Shown here in pieces: positions 58,661-64,000 of a stretch of 64,000 bases of DNA (positions within the stretch are counted from its first letter, which is position 1; each line of letters begins with the position of its first letter). This stretch comes from a virus. The notes beneath the pieces were generated by a model, which ran no database searches, was not told the origin of the DNA, and saw only the letters and a list, made by a program, of their open reading frames with translations. Location of the stretch: positions 1-64,000 of IMG/VR virus record IMGVR_UViG_3300013137_002967. One strand, 5' to 3'. Both the position numbers and the translations under genes were made by a program.

Positions 58661-61600
58661 TTATTTAGCCGGTGTCTCGCTTAATTCGGTTTCGATTCCT
58701 TTATCTTTTGAAGTCAATTTCACAATTTTAACATCATTAGAAGTTTTATCGTATCTTATTGATATTCTATCACCAACTTTAAGTTCTTCATTAATAATTG
58801 CATCTGTGATTTTATCTTCAATATATTTCTGAATTGCTCTTTTTAATGGTCTTGCACCATAATCGGGATCGTAACCTTTTTCAAATAAAAAGTCTTTTAG
58901 AGAGGTTGTGATTGTAATTTCATATCCAATATCTTTCAACCTCTGAATAGTAGATTTAACTTCAACATCTACGATGGTACCAATATTATCTTTTGTTAAA
59001 GAATTAAACATTATAACTTCGTCAATACGATTCATAAACTCAGGATTGAAGATTTTTTTCAATTCTTTTTCAATAACACTATTTTTATCAGACTGAGAAA
59101 CATCAGTCTTGAAACCAATACCAGTTCCAAAATCTTTAAGTTTTCTGGATCCGGCATTTGATGTCATAATAATAATAGTGTTTTTAAAGTCAACTCTACG
59201 ACCATAACTATCAGTTAGTACACCATCATCAAGAAGCTGAAGAAGAATGTTATAAACGTCAGGATGTGCTTTCTCAATTTCATCAAGAAGGATAATTGAA
59301 TAAGGTTTACGTCTTACTGCTTCAGTTAATTCACCACCATCTTCATAACCAACGTATCCAGGAGGTGCTCCAACTAACCTAGAAACTGTATGTTTCTCCA
59401 TATATTCACTCATATCAATTCTAATCATTGAATCTTCTGATCCAAAAAGTTCCTTCGCAAGAACTTTGGCAAGGTATGTGTTATGAGTCACAGTAAAATC
59501 ACCTAATAAATATAAATGGTTTCCATCAATTTCGAATCCATAATAGTCATCAACTCCAATATATTCCACATCAAATCCTGTCAACATTACGTTCTTTTTT
59601 TGTTTTCTTGCTGTAGATTGCTTTTTACTTAAAATAATATTAAGATCACTTAAATCTCCACATATATTAATAGAGTAATATATATCTCCGTTTACTATTT
59701 TTGGTGTTTTTGACGCTCTATATCCAAGACTTCTAGATAAAAATAGAATTTGATCCGCTAATTTATCATATTTGGTTGATATCAAATAACAATTATGATG
59801 ATGATACCCATCACTATCAATAAGTCCAGCTAAAACTGCTTTTCTAACAGAAGAATCATTATATAAGTAATCATCAGGAATAAATTTGCTATTAGTAATA
59901 TCTTTCTCTTTATATTTCTTCATTAAATTATATTCTCTGAAAGTTGTCATTAAATTATTATTATGATACTCTCCTTTAATATTACCCGTTAAAACGTATG
60001 TATTGGATTTATTGTTTTCTAATTCGTCAACTCTAACATTAAGATTCCAATCTCTAGCTATTTTGTATATATAATCTACTACTTCAGAATCTGCTGTAGT
60101 TATCCCACAATTATGACTATTACCATCACCTAACCATAATCCCATAAAATATGGATCTATTTTAACCATTTTTGATGGAAACTCAACATTAGTTCTCCAT
60201 AATTTATGAATGTGCTTGAACCATTTACTCTTTTCTAGATATTCATTTAGTGGTATATTTACCGTTTCATATGAGCCTGTTTTTTTAAGTGAGAGAATAT
60301 GCGGATTATTACAAACGAATGAATCTCCACCGTTTAATGGATTTATTCGATACATCTTATCTTTACCTCTTGCTAAAGAAATCACTGTTCTTGGTGTAGA
60401 ATCATCACCCATTAATAAATCTCCTGGTAATACATCTTCAACATTTTTAATACTACCATCAAACATTAATATTTTTGTTCCTTTACCGTGACATTTCCCC
60501 ACACCTGTAGGACCCAAGAAAATAAATGAACCAACAGGTCTTTTTGGATCTTTAATACCGATCCTTGCTCTTTTAACTGCTCGTACAAGTTTATCTACAG
60601 CATCATCCTGTCCGATAACAATACCTTTAACTTTACTAGACATAACTTTTAATTTAGTATTTTCATCAGATGATACATTATCTACTGGAATTTTTGTCAT
60701 TAATGCGATAACCTCTGTCACATCATCTTTGGATACAATATCTCTAACTTTAGAAATTTCAGCTTTCCAGATTTCTTTTTCTGAATTTAACTGTTTTGTC
60801 AATTCCTTTTCAAGATCTCTTTTCTCAGCCGCCATTTCAAATTTTTGCTCATTTACATATGATTCTTTCTCGGTTTTTATTTTTTTAATTTTCTTTTCAA
60901 GATCCTGAATTTTTTTAGGTGTTTCAATGTTCTTATTAACATGAACTTTTGAACCTGCCTCATCCATAGCGTCGATTGCCTTATCTGGTAGATGTTTTTC
61001 TGACATATATTTATCAGTTAATTCTACACAATATTTCAGTGCTTCATCGGTATAGGTAACATTATGATAATCTTCATATCTCTCTTTTAGATTTTTAAGA
61101 ATTTCTAATGTTTCAGATTTTGAATTGGGATCTACATCTACCTTCTGAAATCTACGTTCAAGAGCTGCGTCTTTTTCAATATATTTACGATACTCTTCAA
61201 GTGTTGTCGCACCAATACACCTAAAAAATCCTCTAGATAATGCTGGTTTCAACATATTAGCAGCATCAAGAGAACCCTGAGCAGATCCTGCACCAATAAT
61301 TGTGTGAATTTCATCAATAAATAGAATAATGTTATGATTTTCTTCCATTTCTTTGATGATTCCTCTCATTCTTTGTTCAAATTCACCACGATATTTAGTA
61401 CCAGCAACCAAAGAACCCATATCAAGTGTGATAATTCTCTTATCTTTTAGATTTTCTGGTACTTTACCTTCAACAATTAATTGTGCAATACCTTCAACAA
61501 TTGCAGATTTACCTACACCTGGTTCACCTACCAAAACTGGATTATTCTTTTTTCTACGCGAAAGAATTTGTGAAATTCTTTTTATCTCAGTTTTTCTACC

Positions 61601-62206
61601 AACAACGGGATCTAAACTATTCTCTTTAGCTAGTTTTGTAAGATCTGTACCAAATTGATCAATTAATTTGGTTTTAGAATTCTTATTACCCTTAGCTTCG
61701 GGTTCGTTTACTGGTTCTTCCATTTCCATATTACCTTCTCCTTCTAATTCGTTACTAAAATCAACTTCTTCCTCCTCATTTCTAAGTTTTGCTTTGATAA
61801 GTTTAATAATTTCAGGATTTTTACTAAAAAGTTCCGTTACCAAATTAGTTTTATTTTCTAGTATTGCTGAGAATACGTGCTCAGCCTCAACTTCATCAGC
61901 ATTAATTTTTTCAGCAAATGAAATTGCATTTTTAAGAATTTTATCTGTTTCAGAATCAAGTGAAATTTTAGAATTACTTCTCAGTTTATTTATTCCAATC
62001 TGATACTGATAAGCTAGTGACCAATCATGTAAAGTTTGTTTTACATTTTCTACATTAAGAATATCCTCCAACAGAGAATAAATCTTTGGATCTTCGTTAA
62101 CTAGTGCTAAAAATAAATGTTCGGGTCTAATTGTATTAGACCCAATACCAATTGCAATTTGTTTACTACTTTTAATAGACTCTTCTACACTTTTTGATTG
62201 CTTCAT
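58661..62206 (-). CDS. clpC: ClpC-like AAA+ ATPase subunit with intein
   Basis: Clp N domain, [11 protein letters not shown]-like middle domain, GPTGVGK|intein|[16 protein letters not shown]. Confidence 0.93.
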   Translation of the reverse strand: MKQSKSVEESIKSSKQIAIGIGSNTIRPEHLFLALVNEDPKIYSLLEDILNVENVKQTLHDWSLAYQYQIGINKLRSNSKISLDSETDKILKNAISFAEKINADEVEAEHVFSAILENKTNLVTELFSKNPEIIKLIKAKLRNEEEEVDFSNELEGEGNMEMEEPVNEPEAKGNKNSKTKLIDQFGTDLTKLAKENSLDPVVGRKTEIKRISQILSRRKKNNPVLVGEPGVGKSAIVEGIAQLIVEGKVPENLKDKRIITLDMGSLVAGTKYRGEFEQRMRGIIKEMEENHNIILFIDEIHTIIGAGSAQGSLDAANMLKPALSRGFFRCIGATTLEEYRKYIEKDAALERRFQKVDVDPNSKSETLEILKNLKERYEDYHNVTYTDEALKYCVELTDKYMSEKHLPDKAIDAMDEAGSKVHVNKNIETPKKIQDLEKKIKKIKTEKESYVNEQKFEMAAEKRDLEKELTKQLNSEKEIWKAEISKVRDIVSKDDVTEVIALMTKIPVDNVSSDENTKLKVMSSKVKGIVIGQDDAVDKLVRAVKRARIGIKDPKRPVGSFIFLGPTGVGKCHGKGTKILMFDGSIKNVEDVLPGDLLMGDDSTPRTVISLARGKDKMYRINPLNGGDSFVCNNPHILSLKKTGSYETVNIPLNEYLEKSKWFKHIHKLWRTNVEFPSKMVKIDPYFMGLWLGDGNSHNCGITTADSEVVDYIYKIARDWNLNVRVDELENNKSNTYVLTGNIKGEYHNNNLMTTFREYNLMKKYKEKDITNSKFIPDDYLYNDSSVRKAVLAGLIDSDGYHHHNCYLISTKYDKLADQILFLSRSLGYRASKTPKIVNGDIYYSINICGDLSDLNIILSKKQSTARKQKKNVMLTGFDVEYIGVDDYYGFEIDGNHLYLLGDFTVTHNTYLAKVLAKELFGSEDSMIRIDMSEYMEKHTVSRLVGAPPGYVGYEDGGELTEAVRRKPYSIILLDEIEKAHPDVYNILLQLLDDGVLTDSYGRRVDFKNTIIIMTSNAGSRKLKDFGTGIGFKTDVSQSDKNSVIEKELKKIFNPEFMNRIDEVIMFNSLTKDNIGTIVDVEVKSTIQRLKDIGYEITITTSLKDFLFEKGYDPDYGARPLKRAIQKYIEDKITDAIINEELKVGDRISIRYDKTSNDVKIVKLTSKDKGIETELSETPAK
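59480..60493 (-). mobile_element. intein (338 aa) with LAGLIDADG homing endonuclease
   Basis: Begins CHGKGT, ends VTHN before Thr; GLWLGDG and LAGLIDSDG; inserted in Walker A of NBD2. Confidence 0.93.
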
Positions 62207-62212
62207 AATTTA

Positions 62213-62449
62213 TTACTTTTTGTTAGAATATATATTTTTAATTTCTAATGAATCTTTCGATATACCAAAAATCATACCAATTACAAAGATAGGAAAAAAT
62301 ATAATAGATCCTATCCAAATATAAAAAATTCTAATAGAATTTAGAATTTTTATTACAGGTTTTGCCCAGTCTTTAAAAATATCTAAATCTGAATCTTTTA
62401 TTAAATTATTGTAAATATACAATAAATATTTGGCTATAAATCTTCTCAT
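62213..62449 (-). CDS. small membrane protein
   Basis: One hydrophobic helix; between clpS and clpC. Confidence 0.5.
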   Translation of the reverse strand: MRRFIAKYLLYIYNNLIKDSDLDIFKDWAKPVIKILNSIRIFYIWIGSIIFFPIFVIGMIFGISKDSLEIKNIYSNKK

Positions 62450-62450
62450 T

Positions 62451-62744
62451 TTATTCCTCGATTGATAATGTCAATCCTCTTTCTTCTAATATTTTTTTAA
62501 TTGGCATCAAAGATTCTTTTGAGCCAGTTTTGATGATATCTTTACCTTGAAGATGAACAGTCCAAGCTGTACTTTCAGCTCTTTCAAATGAAAATTTTAA
62601 ATATGTGATTAGACATATAATTACCCATTCAAATGAATTGTGATCATCATTCCATAAGATTAATTTAGATTCAGAACTAGAAGAGATTCCAGATTCTGCT
62701 AAAATTTCATCTAGAGTTTTCGTTTCAATTTTTGTGTCACTCAT
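62451..62744 (-). CDS. clpS: Clp protease adaptor ClpS-like protein
   Basis: LILWNDDHNSFEWVI...VHLQGK...GLTLSIE. Confidence 0.85.
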   Translation of the reverse strand: MSDTKIETKTLDEILAESGISSSSESKLILWNDDHNSFEWVIICLITYLKFSFERAESTAWTVHLQGKDIIKTGSKESLMPIKKILEERGLTLSIEE

Positions 62745-62760
62745 ACCTATTATATTATAA

Positions 62761-64000
62761 CTATTTATAAAGTTTATTTTTCTTTTCTTCGTGTTCCAAC
62801 TCTTTAATATATTCTTCTGTTTCTTTAACTAAACCAGAATAAAATAGACTATCAGGTCTTTTACTTAGTTCCACTTTATATTTTTCTAATGATTTTTCAA
62901 AAATAGAAATAGTATCGTTTAGATAATTGAAGAAATGAATATATTTCATAATTTCGACCATTTTTGGATCACCAATTGCCTTACTTGGAGTATCTGACAA
63001 TTTGACAACTGGAATACCATCAGCCATTGTCATTTTAATGACCATATTCATCGGATTACTTTTTGCATTGGGATTAGTCTTTTTCATAAAATCAGAAGTG
63101 AAATTAGTACCAATACCAAAAGAACAACGAATTTTATCTTTACAATATTCTTTCAATTTAATTGTAGTTTCTATATCTAGTGCATTGCTAAATACAATAA
63201 GTTTACTCATAGGATCAATTTTCATCTTTTTATAATGATCAACGATCTTATCAGTAAACACATATGGATCACCTGAATCATGCCTTACACCATCCCATAA
63301 TTTGGCTTTTTCTAAAGAAAAATCTCGAAGGAATGTATCAATACCAAAAGTATCAGGAAGCATAGTTCCTAATGTGCCTTTATAGGTTTTAGTCCACCTT
63401 TCCATAAATATCTTATTTGGATGATTCAGACTTTCTAGAGCAGCAACCGCACCAATTGCTTCGTGTGCGCAAGTTCCGAGCGCTTTAACATCATATTTCA
63501 TAGCTAAATAGCAATTGCTAGTACCAGCAAATCCGTTGTATTTTTTCATTTCTGAAACTACAATTTCCTGGGTTTCAAAATTGCGTCTACGACGAGTACC
63601 AAAATCTGTAAAAATACATTCAGCTTCACTTAAAGTTTTTGCTTTTGAATTTGCAAGAATTTCCTGACCTTTCATACTCCAATCAGTATCAATCATTCTA
63701 AAATAAACTTCTGAAATGATAGCCATTAGTGGTACCTCCCAAAGTATAGTTTCTCTCCATTTACCTTCGATTGAAATTTGTAACTCATTTTCAGAGTTGA
63801 GAACAATTTTCACTTGTTTAGAATTGAACCTATAAGCTGCTAAATATTGACGATATGCTACAGGAAGAAAATAAAGATTTTCTTTCATCCAATCATATTC
63901 TTCATCAGTAAGTTTTAATTTTGACATCAATTTAACTTGATGTTTGATTTCCTTTACTGCTTCAGCAGTAAATTTCATTGATTTATCACGATTACTAAAC
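62761..64000 (-). CDS. pncB: nicotinate phosphoribosyltransferase (5' end beyond window)
   Basis: ILWEVPLMA, DFGTRRR, GTSN, GTCAHE, GVRHDSGDP, FGIGT, KLSD; frame stays open to the window edge (FSNRDKSM). Confidence 0.92.
   Translation of the reverse strand, partial: FSNRDKSMKFTAEAVKEIKHQVKLMSKLKLTDEEYDWMKENLYFLPVAYRQYLAAYRFNSKQVKIVLNSENELQISIEGKWRETILWEVPLMAIISEVYFRMIDTDWSMKGQEILANSKAKTLSEAECIFTDFGTRRRRNFETQEIVVSEMKKYNGFAGTSNCYLAMKYDVKALGTCAHEAIGAVAALESLNHPNKIFMERWTKTYKGTLGTMLPDTFGIDTFLRDFSLEKAKLWDGVRHDSGDPYVFTDKIVDHYKKMKIDPMSKLIVFSNALDIETTIKLKEYCKDKIRCSFGIGTNFTSDFMKKTNPNAKSNPMNMVIKMTMADGIPVVKLSDTPSKAIGDPKMVEIMKYIHFFNYLNDTISIFEKSLEKYKVELSKRPDSLFYSGLVKETEEYIKELEHEEKKNKLYK

Overview
Very AT-rich, gene-dense window that reads as part of a huge (jumbo/mega) phage of a Bacteroidota host. 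Evidence: many short orphan ORFs, free-standing GIY-YIG endonucleases, a T4 gp9/gp10-like baseplate motif, isolated host-like genes outside their usual operons (S1-domain protein, NusG, ClpP/ClpS/intein-bearing ClpC, peptide deformylase, SlyD, PurA, Tdk, LigA, RpiB, PncB), and at least 14 TAnnTTTG Bacteroidota-type promoters. The top finding (minus strand, 6141-6787, missed by the ORF track) is an array of five tRNA-Leu genes behind a 29-aa Leu-rich leader peptide with protector, antiterminator and terminator pairings, i.e. a ribosome-mediated attenuator that would switch on tRNA-Leu when Leu decoding stalls. Four of the five tRNAs lack the long variable arm and one has an AAG anticodon. Other translation-sensing features are an RF1-like release factor lacking domain 1 and split by an in-frame UGA, a UAG-ended uORF in front of it, and a second attenuator-like leader. 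The window also holds a TonB receptor-PnuC-NadR cassette, two hybrid histidine kinases, a metallothionein-like peptide, and two recurrent peptide tags on unrelated proteins (an N-terminal T4 CTS-like tag and a C-terminal RxxKLxxI/L tag). All calls are from manual reading; no database search or folding program was run.
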